From Phallusia mammillata (lineage: Eukaryota), in contig OZ281496.1 in NCBI GenBank assembly GCA_965637545.1, forward strand, positions 28,272,001 through 28,336,000: DNA of 64,000 nucleotides. The letters are read 5' to 3'. This document shows, piece by piece, positions 37,201-50,000 of this stretch (its first letter is position 1; every line of letters begins with the position of its first letter). The notes under the pieces were generated by a model that ran no database searches, was not told where the DNA came from, and saw only the letters and a program-made list of their open reading frames with translations. The position numbers were made by a program, and so were the translations under genes.

Positions 37201-40200
37201 CGTACAAGGTTCAATGTGCATTGTCTAAACAAGTTGAAGCGAATGCTATTTTGGGATGTTGGGTCAGTTTCCAGAAGTGGTGCGCTACCGAAATAGCTTC
37301 ATTGCGTAAACAGTTTAATTACAGCGGCGTTTTAAGTGACAGTGACACCAAACAAGTTCAAAAATTTCTATGTCAACCGTTAATTTCTATAAGACCACAG
37401 GGAGCACATCTAATGTTGCTTGTAGAGGTTCTGAGTGTGCCCAGGGACGTCATGTGCACAGACACATAAATTTGCACAAGGATACCGTTAAGGCAAAATC
37501 GGTAGAATATACAAACAAAATGAAAAAAAATCATGAACTTAGATGGTTCCTCCAACACAAACTCTGTAACTGGCAGTAGTAAATTATTCTTAAATATTCG
37601 GAGAGCAAAACAGCCATATAAATACAGTGACAGCGGCTGTGACAGTTTTACCTCGTGAAAGCACACATCAAACCGCTCTCCCACCAGCCAAAACCGCCTG
37701 TGAAAATAAGGGGAAGCAAAGACAGGGGTGCGAAACTCCACATCAAAACAGCCGCCACTCGCCGCTTGTGTTTGGAAAAGATGATGCGGTAAGCAGTGCG
37801 TGGACGCGACACGTGCATGTACCTGTGTGAAATTAGGTTTTCGTTACCATTTGCAAACCAAAGGACAGCCACAGTCATTGGTCTAAGGCAGGGGTTCTTA
37901 ACCAGGGGTACATGTACCCCTTGGGGGTACGAAGCACCAAAGCAGGGGGTACGACATGCAGTGTGAAATTATAGGCTATTTAGGCATATTTGTCAAAAAT
38001 GCGTGACAACGTGACAAGTTACTTTGTTTTTTGTTTTTGACTGATTTAAATTGACTGATTGTTGGTGTGCTGTATATATTGTTGAACTTACAAGACTGTT
38101 TTGATGTATGCATTCAACACATTAGTTATAAATGCACTGATTTTAACTCCTATTAGTATAATTTTATTTACTTCCGTCGACCATTGTAAACAGGGGGTAC
38201 GAGAAAATTTCATGAAAGCTCAAAGGGTACAGGCGCTAAAAAGGTTAAGAAACACTGGTCTAAGGTCATTCTTTCTTTACAGTGTATGTGAAAAAAAGGT
38301 TTTCATACAGTTTAATTTTTACGTCGTTTCATCTATCTATAGATTCTATAGTCTTACTTTTAGTAACTGATTACTGCTTGCGTGTAACTGCTTGGTTAAA
38401 AGCGTGTAAAGGAAGAATCAGAAAGCACTTTTGGACCGAAACCTTACATTGGAACCGTTGAAAACTAAGAAAAGTTTGAGAGATTCGGATTTAAACAATT
38501 TATTTTCTGTTTCTCATTGCGCCATGTTGCCTATTTCCCCTTTATACGAAACATACATGTACAACATACACCACTTTCCCCAAACTCAATCATACTCATT
38601 CATTCTCACTTGGGCCTATCGTTGATGATTTATTGCTGATTGGAAATGATATGTCCAATCACTTTCGAGCATATTAAGTATCTCGCAATGACAATCATTT
38701 GACTCCCAACGACCAATCTGCATTTTGAACTGTTCAATTGATGAACTTAACCAATGAACAACAGTTCAGTTCGTGGAAATTGTGTTGGCCGAAAAGATCT
38801 TAAACAAGCTCTTTCATTGTGTACGAAGTTGCGAACTTGTTGTTTACCGAAAATGTAAGGAACGGGTTTATTGGCGTGTTTTTGTGGGTACACTTTATTG
38901 CTTTGGGGGAACATATTTTAAAACTTCACTGTTTTCAAATACTAAACGGTTAAATGTACCTATATTTCATGAATCTCTGTTTGGTCTTAGTAATATTTTT
39001 AATCAATTGCAGTCGTATATTATACAATGCAAATTTTAAACAACAGTCTGGTTACAGTTTCGGCTTTGTTTTATCCAACAGATTTAAGCATGCTATGGTT
39101 GATGCTTTTATTTTAAAGTGGTTTTCATAGTGTGCACTTCATACAAATTGTAGTAAACAAAAAATTGATAGTGTTTTTGCCGATGCAGTACTGTGTGGCA
39201 GAGTTTGCATCAAACAAACTGTTTCCTTGTCGGATGGAGTTCTCACAATCCCACCCAATGACTCACGGCTTCAGTTGTAACGCAATGACAGCCACATGGC
39301 CTTTACTTACCTATTGAATGATATGGTAAGAAGATTTACTGATGACGTGTAATGCAGTGCGTAGTAGAAGAAAGCGAACACCTCGCATGACTTGTCAGAA
39401 AACGGCCAACTGTTGGTTGAATAACCTGTTGAATTGATGCATAATTTTAATACGGCTTGATTTGGTGAAATGTTATTCATCATCTTCGTTGCAAAGATTA
39501 TAAAGGAACTTTGTAAGCAACGAGCATTAGGAAAAGATGCTTAAAACCAAAGCGCTAACAATATGCAAAATGACGTGTCATTGCATACAAAGAAGGAAAT
39601 AAATCAGAAACGGAACTGGTAAAATCCTTGGAACAAACAACTACAAAACGAAAGCACTACATGTGGTGCATTAAAGCGGTTGGCCATTAGCTACCCGAGA
39701 CCTTTCACTAAACCATTTATAAACATGCTCAAATCTAACTTTTTTGAGTCATTTAAATAAGGTGTTGCTTACCGTAGATAATAAAAGGTAGAATGAAAGC
39801 TGAGAGACCTAGATCTATCACAGCAAGACTAACGATAAGCATATTGAATGCGGTTCTCATGCGAGGATTGGTTGCATATGCGAGAATCGTCATCAGGTTT
39901 CCAATAGTTCCTGTGCAGAAGATAACAAAAAATTACACACAACCAGGGGCCCCTAATTTTTAGGTACCATCAGAATTTAATTTACTTTTAACAGCCGCAT
40001 TGTTTGAAATTTTGTATCTTAGGGATCTTTCGATTTGGAGGTACACATTTTAAAATTATTATACTTCGTTTGTTTAGGACAGAAACCACTAACCCAAAAC
40101 ACGTAAATCCCTTTGCTGATGCTAAAGTATAAAAACTTTTAGGTTTTTGTGCTGAAATAGTAGTATGAATGTGGTAAATTAACTTAAATTGGTAACTTAA

Positions 40201-40942
40201 AGGGCGTAGATGTTCACAATATTTTTGACTGGCCTTTTCGTGGGGCAAACCCTTTCTGGAAGAACTTCTTTTTTATGATGTTGTGGTCTTGTGGCAAAGA
40301 AGGTAATATTGTGGGAACAATTACTTTCAAACACCAAGCGTTTGTAACTATTTTAGCATTTTTACGTATGTGTTAACTTAATGCTTTGTTGAAACCCACC
40401 GTATATAGGCTTCCCATGTCCACATTCAATTAATGTTTGCACTGTAAGCAAGTTTGTGGTTTAAATACTAATGGTCGGTGCGGTTGCACGTTTTGCCATG
40501 AGAAAGGAGTGTTGGTTGCACGTTTTGCCAGAAAGTGTGGATTGTCAAGCGCTCTAAGTTTAGTATGTTGCCGCAACTGAGGTTTGTGTACAGTCGAACA
40601 AGACGGTATTTTACGTTTAGTTGTCGAATGATCTGTTTCAAGGTTTGGACAAAGCTGTTCGTGATCGCGTTATGTAATGTATGATGCTTTGCAGACTCAC
40701 TGATTGTGGCATCGAACAGATTGTTTAAGGCATGACTTTTTAGCCTGTTACTTCCAACAAACTGAAGTACCATTGGGTGCCTACACTAAAGCCAGTATGG
40801 CCTAGTTCTCGTCACCAGCCACACTTACTAGACCTTGTAGGTCGAAACAGTGTTAATATAACACAAGTAACTTACCGACAATGCATACTACGCTTCCAAG
40901 ACAAATTCCCAAATAGCGGAACTGCTCAACAGATGTCGTCAT
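34217..40942 (-). CDS. Rhodopsin-class GPCR, GPR84-like, 10 coding exons, very long ICL3
   Basis: FRYLGICLGSVVCIVGTIGNLMTILAYATNPRMRTAFNMLI, ISFNRY, MCAFTR and MAASNLGWLTSMINPIVYAAMNVQFRKEY closely parallel GPR84 (KLRTRFNLLI; MLAANLTWLNGCINPVLYAAMNRQFRQAY). The last intron needs a GC donor. Confidence 0.85.
37889..38257. mobile_element. hAT (Charlie-like) MITE, GPCR intron
   Basis: TIR CAGGGGTTCTTAACC/GGTTAAGAAACACTG; perfect TSD GTCTAAGG; subterminal GGGGTAC repeats. Confidence 0.92.
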
Positions 40943-43900
40943 AGCGATGTCACAAATAAATTACAGTCACATGCTACGTTGAATGCCTCAGCGGCTATGC
41001 TATATTCCAAAGGCCTTAGGTCATATACCTTTGCCCTGCAGAACTTTTGATAATAGCAACGCTGTGAATAGCATTGTAAAAGCTATGAAATTCAAGGATA
41101 ATGAAAGTGTAAACGAATGTAACGACTAGTTTGCCTTGCGTTAAACGGTCTGTGATCTGTCTTGTGACTTTCTATTACAGACTGATTTAATTTCTGAAAG
41201 TAGGAATCCTACTCCTACTGTAGGATTATCCGATTTGCATTGTCGACCCGATTTAAGACCTCTATAACGTAAGCAAATTAACGGCGACTTTGGTGGGAAG
41301 CTAGCGTGCTAATATTTGCGAAACACATTTGTGTCAAAAGTGACTCACCAGACGCCAATGTGTAAACAATGTAATTGTTTTGCAAGTAAGAAAATTGCAA
41401 GCAATTACAGGTTGGAAACAAAACTAATTACTAGTCAATCTGTTTCAGTAACATACTAACAATACTGTTTCTTCTTTTTTGAATAAGCCTGTATTTAATG
41501 CGTAAAGTAAATCTCTTTTCACATTTTCACATTTCTGTATAATTGTTTGTCTTTTTTCTTTCAAATACTAGCCAGACTTTTAAAGTTCACTGCACAAATT
41601 TACACAGAGTAGCTGTGCCACATTTTCACATGCACATGCAATTAAATGTTCATTATCATCTGGTTCCTCCTTTTGTACAACGGCAAATCGCATTCCAGAC
41701 AATACACACTTAACCGCAACTGTTCCAACGGCTTTTCAATTATGTCTTGCTGCTTTTGAAACTATTGGCCTCAACTGAAACTTGTGATTCGCTTTCTAGT
41801 CTGGGCAACAACACAGCCTTCGCATTTTAACGTCACGCGGAAGTTTTTACCAACTCTTGTGACATTAAAGTTTACGTGCTGGACTTTAAGGTCAAACTTT
41901 AAATGCCGAGTGCTTACTTTCACAAGTATTGATAGCAGACTGCCAAACAAAATTAGTCTGCTTATGTTGGCCTTAACAAGAAAACATATTTGCGAGATAC
42001 CTGTAATAAGTAAAGCTATGCACACATTAAGTGTAGCACAAATTTAGTTTCCTTGCTGCCACACGCCAAACTCTGACGTCACGCTGTGTAGGCGTGAGCC
42101 TGTGTGGTGGCAACATGGCTACGTCATAATACATCATTCTGTTTGCGCATAACCTGTGTTGTGATGCACAATTTCCAACACTATAATCTGACAATGCCTG
42201 AGTCTAAATGCTAAACGTTTGTTTGCTTTTTCACCGGTTGCGTAAGTCACGCTTTTCTCTGCATTTAGATTGACCCGCAACGAAAACTTTTTCCATACGT
42301 CTCGTCGCGCTGCCAAATCTGTGACCGCATAATGCATGACTGTGGAAACTATATTCAAAATCTTTTTTCACCATCAATTTTCCATGATCCCAGTCTTAAG
42401 CCAAATGCGCGTTAGACAATAAAATCTTACGTTCCTGGCGCTGTTTGGTACAAGCTGAATACTTGGCGATATATTTGCCCGTGACAATCTACCAACGACG
42501 GTCTTTTGCAAAGTTTAGCAATGGAAAATAGTCGGATGTTTTCAAAGAAACGGTTAACATCAACATTGTCGACTTACTGTGCTTCAACTAGTGGCCCTGT
42601 AGTAAAGTTTGCCACAACGCTGTAGATATTTGCTTTGATAGAACCTAATGCTTCCTATCCCTACTTAAAACAAAGCCTTTTCCACTATCTCATATACGCA
42701 GGCGTTTGTTGACTGCCTTGTGGCATTTTAATGTGAGCCTTTCATGATAAAAACCCACAACTATGAGTCAACGTTTGTAAAATTTTCACTACGCGAGCAC
42801 GTACGTAGAGAACATTGTCCAATTTTTGTAGCTCGTATAGTTTTGTTGATCCAGAAGGCTTTTAAGTTTTCAAATAAGCTTACATAAAAGCACGCGTTTG
42901 ACAACACTGAGACTTGCTATAAACTCCTATTGAAAAACATACCAGTAAGTCTCATTGAATGTACCTCTCTTTTTCTACCAGTAGACACTTAAGGTATAAA
43001 TCTGTGCGTATTCTAATAGCGATAATTTAGACGATTTGTATGAGTTAAGTACCTTATGCCATTTACTACAAACCCGCCAAGCCACCTCCCCACCTCGGCA
43101 CTAAGTCCATTTAGACGCCTATTATGGTTTTGACATTTTACATTACTTTTAAGTAATGGATTGTACTAAATTTAATTTTTTTATGTATAAATTCTTGCTC
43201 CCAAATTCGGTATTCCACGTAAACCTTTAAAATGTGATTCATGTAAACATAAAAGCATAAATTAAGCATTACTCACTAAACTATTGGGGAGACCAAATCG
43301 TGCGATATACCGCAAGATAGTACTCCTATAGCACTTTATAATACATAGATTACAAACTCGGCGCTGTCATTTGAAACGTGTTATTAACTATAGCTTTTAG
43401 CGGTCAACTATAACATCTTAACACATACAAACGGCATGCTTTTCTTAAACCAAGATTCCAATGTTAATATCTCCTACAGCTCTGAGGTACACAATTCACA
43501 TCCTTTCGATACTTTTTCCGCGTTTTCTACAACGTGGTTCGGGCTACTACGTCTACTGGTTGGAATATTTTTAAATTCTTGTCGAGAGTTGACAACCCAT
43601 GTACTGCGAACACGCCTCAGTAAGTTTAGCAATCTTGTCAAGCACTCGCGTGTATTGCTGGCAAATTATTTCCTTTATTGCGACGCGAAGCCCAAAACAG
43701 TTTGTTGATACTGAGCCGGGATACTGTGGAAGCACAAAGTTCATGTAGTCATATTATATAGTGATGAGTCTGCGGTCTTCAGAATTTTGTAACTTCTGTA
43801 GCGGGATTGTATTGCACACAGAACTGTTGGATACTGCAAATGTATAGGACACACCGGTTGTCGAAAGTAGCAAAATGTATTGTTTGTCATTATTATAGTT

Positions 43901-44065
43901 CTGTTGGTTGGGACAAACTGCGGTTTGGTGCAAGTGTGGCGTAAAAACTATATGTAATTATGTCGTAATAATTGTACATTTCAGGTGAAATCCACCCAAA
44001 TCGTATTAGAAGTTGTAAAAATAATTGACAATCTGTAGCTGCCTTTCTTAATTTATTTGATCAAT

Positions 44066-47000
44066 TTAGACTTGGCTTTGCACAGAACTGTAATCTTTCC
44101 CCAACGTTTCAAAGTCCGCCTTTTGTTCTTCAACAACGTCATCGGCCTCGTTGTGCACAATTGCGTCAAATGTAGTGACGTTCAAGTCCTCATCTTGTTC
44201 GAAAAGCCCGTCCAGGCCGCTGCGAACGGTCCTTGTGATCACGTGACCAGGTCTCCGCGAATCGGTTTCCTCAAATTTCCACCTAAGTGTCCCGGATGTG
44301 GCCAGGTGGAATTTTCGTGACTTTTTTCGAGTTGACTTTGCCTGAAAAAGTTTGACATTTGGTTGTGGCTTACATGAAAAACTAGGGCCAAGTTATTTTA
44401 TTTTAGCTGATGTATACCAATTGTTATAGACTGCCTTCTGCTACTAATTAGCTTTGTGAAGTGTGCACGTTGCAAGTTAGTTATGGTTGAAAAAAAAAAC
44501 TGTTTTTCGTCTATGTCTTCATTTCTAATTAGCGTTTATTGTACAACGGTTGATTATGTTTGGCTTAGGATTTTATGCACTGGGTTTTAGATTGTCTAAC
44601 ATGGCTAACATATATCCTTGCAAAGTGATGATGCTTTTTAGATTGGCTCAAGCTGTCATGGTTTAATACCCTGAATCGTTGCAGTCCTTCGCTTTACTTG
44701 CAATGAGATTTTAAGGAAAGATTTACTACAATGGCTCATATTACTTATATAAAAAAAGCTCCACGGCACATCGTATGTTGCCTGGCTTGTTGGTGGAGAG
44801 GAAGTGAATAAGACAACAAGATTAGCTTCAATTTCCTCAAGCAATTGCCAAGAAAGATACAGCGATATTTTAAGAGTGTTGGCATGCGGTCCTGTGGCCC
44901 AATGGATAAGGCGCCTGACTACGGATCAGGAGATTCCAGGTTCGAGTCCTGGCAGGATCGCATTTTTGTCAAAAATGTTCTATCTTCTCCTATCTTTGGA
45001 TCACATGTCCTATCTATGTAATCTCCTGATCCGTAGTCAGGCGCCTCTACTGGATTCTATGTAGGATTAATAGTAGGAAGATGCTTGCTTTGCTTATTAA
45101 GCATTTTGTGAATGAACTATATCTATTTTAACCCATTTGCGTCCATTTACTTTTGTGTGCAGACCTTTGAGCAAAGGACTGCAAACTTACTTCGGTGTTT
45201 TGTTGCGCAACTTCAACAAACGACGTTCTTGGTTTCCGAGTGCGTCGTCTAGTGGTTGCACTTTTCTCGACTCGTTTCAATGTCTCTTCAAGGAATTGGC
45301 CCTGCAATGTACAAACAAAACCCTTGTTTACAAACCAAAATCAGCTATTGATAATAATTCACCTTTTCATTTGTCTCAAGCTTACCCATGTGCATTTTTA
45401 TAACTGTTTCGCTTAATGATATTTTTAAGCTCCACTACGGTAGTTATACGCTACTTTATAAACCAAACCAGATAAGTTAGTCTAAATTAAACAGGTTCTC
45501 TCAAAAACTAAGTTAGTGCGCTTGTGCTACCTAGTTTAAACACTCAATATTACATTCCTAGACAATAGAAACTAGGCGTTATTTCAAAAACACACATGCA
45601 TAAATACATAAAATAAAACCTCCTTGATGATGGTTTCTGGGGGAGAAGTGATCTCCGGTTCTTCCGCAAATGCAACGTTGTCTTCGCCCTTAAAAAATCT
45701 GGTCTTGACCGCTGAAGGTTTTTTTCTGCACGTTAGAACGAATGTTACAAGGTGGTCTAGTACAGTGCGATGATTATGTTCAAACAGTCGTACTTTTTAA
45801 ATGAAGGTTTGATCCTCTTGCGGAGACTTTTTCTAACTTTGCTGTTTCTTTTACGAATGCTTGTCCGAATAACCGTTGCTGGCACTCTGAAAATAATGTC
45901 AAGGTTAACGTGTCAAGATTAAAAACATATGGGATCTGTTTTAGTTAATATAGGCTACAGAAAGCCTGTATTTAAATTCAGTTTGTTCAATCATAAATAA
46001 TGATGAACTTAAAAACTTGAATACATTTCGTTGTCATCGGTGTCCCTCATGTCTGTTCCTGCGTTCTCCGGTTTACCATATTCCCTCTTCTCCACCACGT
46101 AGTCCATGTCCGTGTTGCTAAGCAACTGGTCGAATATGGCCGCAGCTGTGTCGTGCTGAAGTTTTAGTCCACTGTGATTTGAGAGAAAAGTATATGGATG
46201 TATTGTGTGCTTTGTTCAATATAGACAGCTCCCAAATACTGTTTTTTAAGCTTATTCCTATAATTATCCGCTACCGGTTTATAGTCTACATTTTCCTGGC
46301 AACGGTGCTTGTGATTTGACTTTCGAAAGATTCTCCACTGAGCCTGTGTAGGTCAGTTGTTAAAGCTCGAGTCCCGGACAGACTCCTGTCGTGGGTTCGA
46401 ATCCCACGGCAGGCTAGACTTTTCTAGCCCTACGCCTTGACATATGGTTGTGATTTGTGAATGCTTAGTGACCGGTTGATTCGGTATGGCGACTTCAATT
46501 GGCCCAGCGTAGTGCTCTACAGTTCCCTTAGATTGTATTGAATTAATTTATGTGCCCAATCTCTGAAGGTCCTCTCAATGAACGTATAGTAGAATTTAAC
46601 AACTTATTTAAGAAAAACGCAGACTTTATTTCCCAATGCTTACAGATTGATCCAAATGTACATTTTAACGATATTTTTTTATTTTCAAAACTATACCTCG
46701 GATTTCTTTTCGTTGTGCTTTGTGTTGAATTCTTCTTTGCTGAGAGTACCGTCAAAGTTACGGACGAACCGGATCGCATAATGAGACCTATTGCTTCTGT
46801 ATGGCTTACGCCTGTAAACAGTTTAACAAAACTTAAGATATTAAAACACACTACGTTTACAGTACAAAGATTCAAAAAAAGGGCATTGTGACAAAACATG
46901 TACCTTTTGCGGATTCCCCGTTAATCTCCTCAATCCTGTCTCCAGCACTGAGGCCAGCGTCCTCGGCGGCGCTGTTTGTTTGCACAAACTCAACATACAG

Positions 47001-50000
47001 ACCCGTGTTGTCTTCTTGTATGCAGAACCCATATGACCCTAGCTTTTTGGTAATCTGCCAGCAGAAAAAGGGGAATCATAATTTCAAAACGTTTCACACG
47101 ACATTCAGACTACTTACGTGGCAAGTCTTTGACGCCGCCGTTTCTTGACGAATTTCTATTGGTTTTACGCTGATGACGTTTAAGGTAACTACGTCACCGC
47201 TGTTTCTCACGTGATCAACCGCTGCTTCGTGGTTGTCACTTTCAACATTGTTGTCATTTACCTACAAAATTGGGTAAATTATCTTTTAGTGATTTTCCAG
47301 TAATATCTACAAGCTATTTTTAATTCTACTAGCTATAACTTTGGGTGTGGTCTGTATTTCTAATCAGAGTTTTTTTTACCTCATATCGAAAATATTGAAA
47401 TAGTTATATACAGGATTTAAGTTTTGCATCAGTTTTTATTTCGTAAGCTGAACTTATGGTCATTACAAAGAGTCTCCAAGCTCCTAACATCTTTAACCAG
47501 CGCAAATTCCAAACATAAACCTATACATAAATTACTTCTGAACAACAACATATAAAATCCTTTGACACTTGGAAGTCTAGGAGACGCAATGTGGCTGAAA
47601 AGGCAGTTACCAACCTTGGATCTCCACTCTATATGTTTAAATTAGCCACGAGTGTTAGCGACGATTGCTTTAATTTCCTTACACTTACTTTAATCAGTCG
47701 ATCACCAACTTTCAAACCAGCGACATCAGCAGTTGAACCAATAGTCACATCTTCTATGTAATGCCCGTTACCGTCAAACCACAAGTAGAAACCGAACGAT
47801 CCGTTTTCCTTCTGAATCGTTACGTCATGCGGAAGCTTTGCGTCTAAAACACACCAAAGTGTTTTTAACTATTGACTTGTTTGTTGTCTTTGTTTGGGTT
47901 TTCTAGGCAAGTCATTGTATCCTATTTTAAAATTATTTTTTAACATCACTTGTTTTGACACTATCAAGTACCCACAGTTTGGCATGTAATTATTACTCAT
48001 AAGACGTGTAACATATTCATGTCTCGAAGTTTTGGCAAGAAGTACGTGAGCTTAGCTTCGACCCACCTTCTTGGTATTCCACAACCATTATCACTGTGCT
48101 CAATCCGTTTGCGTTGATTCTCACTGTGACTTGCTCATGATCGTCTCGTTCCACATTCACACCGTTCACCTAGAAATAAACGTCCCAGTAAAAATTTAAT
48201 TAATCTTTTACTGAGCAACGTTTTACAAAATACTTTAAGCCGCAAACATGCTCAAAATCATTCGACAAATAGTCGGTTCAAGAATAGAGGGGCGTCTTTT
48301 CGACGTATTTTACTCGATTAGAGTTTTTAATCACCTAAGTGTGGCATGGACACATGTAGAAACTAAGTGTAGAAACAATCATCCTATTGTCTCATTGCGT
48401 TTAACTTACCTCGATAATTCTGTCACCGTCTCGAACCCCAGCTACGTCAGCGGGTCCTCCCTTTTCAACCCAATGTACCACGTGACCAATGCTCGTCCCG
48501 CGACCTTCCATAAATGAATTGGAATACGCGAGATGAAAGCCATAACTATCATCCCTCCGAGATTTGCGTACAGTTACTTCCTGTCGAACTGTTTTTGTCG
48601 TGCTGCTCTTCTGCTGTTGAGTGCCTAAAACAAGAACGTTGTTTCATTTCGACGAGGTCTCTTATAATTAGGATGTAATTTTTCCTGACTTTGTCAGAGC
48701 ACAGTTCACTGAAATAAGGCACTGGGGTAAAATGTGATGTTGATGTTCGGAATATTCTTTACCATTGCTTCTCATCCAAATTTATTAAAATGTCACATGT
48801 TTTACAAAATAATGGCAATACTTTTTCCACATTTCAACACATTACTCATTTGGGATAAGGCAAAAAGGAAAAGGCCCAGCACGAAAGGCAACTTTTATTC
48901 AATATCATACCAACGAGTCATATTGTATTCCTACCTGCTATTTCTGTTGATTTGTTTTTCAAATTCTTCGAGTTAAGATCAACAGCATTTTTCTTGCAGT
49001 GGACGTAGGTCTTGGCGTCGACAGCCATCAATGTTACAACATTAGTACAAGCCTTGATTCTGTAGAACACGTCTTCGTGTGTGTCATCTTCTATGTTTAC
49101 ACCATTAATTTCCACCAGTCGATCTCCTGGCCGCAGTCCTTTGAGTTCAGATTTGTTAGTTGTAATAATGCTTTAAGTTATTTTGTTTAAATAGAATTAG
49201 CACTGGTGTTATGGTTCCAAAATTTTAGTTGCACGGTTTCATAATTAAAGTTGTTGTGTTAAGTAGAAAAAAGTAAAATGACAGTTTGACTGCGTTTTTT
49301 AATAAAAATATAGTAAAAGAAATAGTTCAAAAACTTCACTTGTTATTTAATCCAATATGAGTATTTCAAAAACTACCTTTGTTCTGTTTGGCCAGGTGGC
49401 AAAGACACCCATAGAAAGTGCTAGACAAAAGGTTCTTATCTTAAGATGTATCTTAGACTGCTGGTTCATACTGTATCTGAAAGTTGTAAGTAATGATTGC
49501 CGATTCGACAAAGTCTTACCAGCTTTATCTGCCGGACTGTCGATTGTAACATCTTGTACGAAGTGTCCATCTTCGTCGTACCACAAGTAAAACCCGTATC
49601 CACCCTTTTCACGTGTGATACGGAACAGGCAATCCCTTCCCCTCACAGAAAACGAGTCCGACCTCTCGTCAATTACAGTGAAGTGGATCAGGTCACCGCT
49701 TTCTCGTATCAGGGAAACCACCTGTAAATGTCGCAAATACGATTTGCTGTGAACTCGTCATCTGCAATTTGTTGAATACAACTCTGCAAACCAATGTTCA
49801 ATAAAGAACGTTAAGCACCTAGTGTGTATTAAAAAAATGCAGTTATTCGGCCCCTTTGTTGCAATTTAACAACTTTCAGGGCCGTATCCATGTTGCAACG
49901 AAAGAATGAACTTTTCCAAGTTTACCTCGTCGTGGCCCATATCCTCAACTTCTACGCTATTGATTGACAAAATCCTATCGCCATTGCGTAAACCAGCTCT

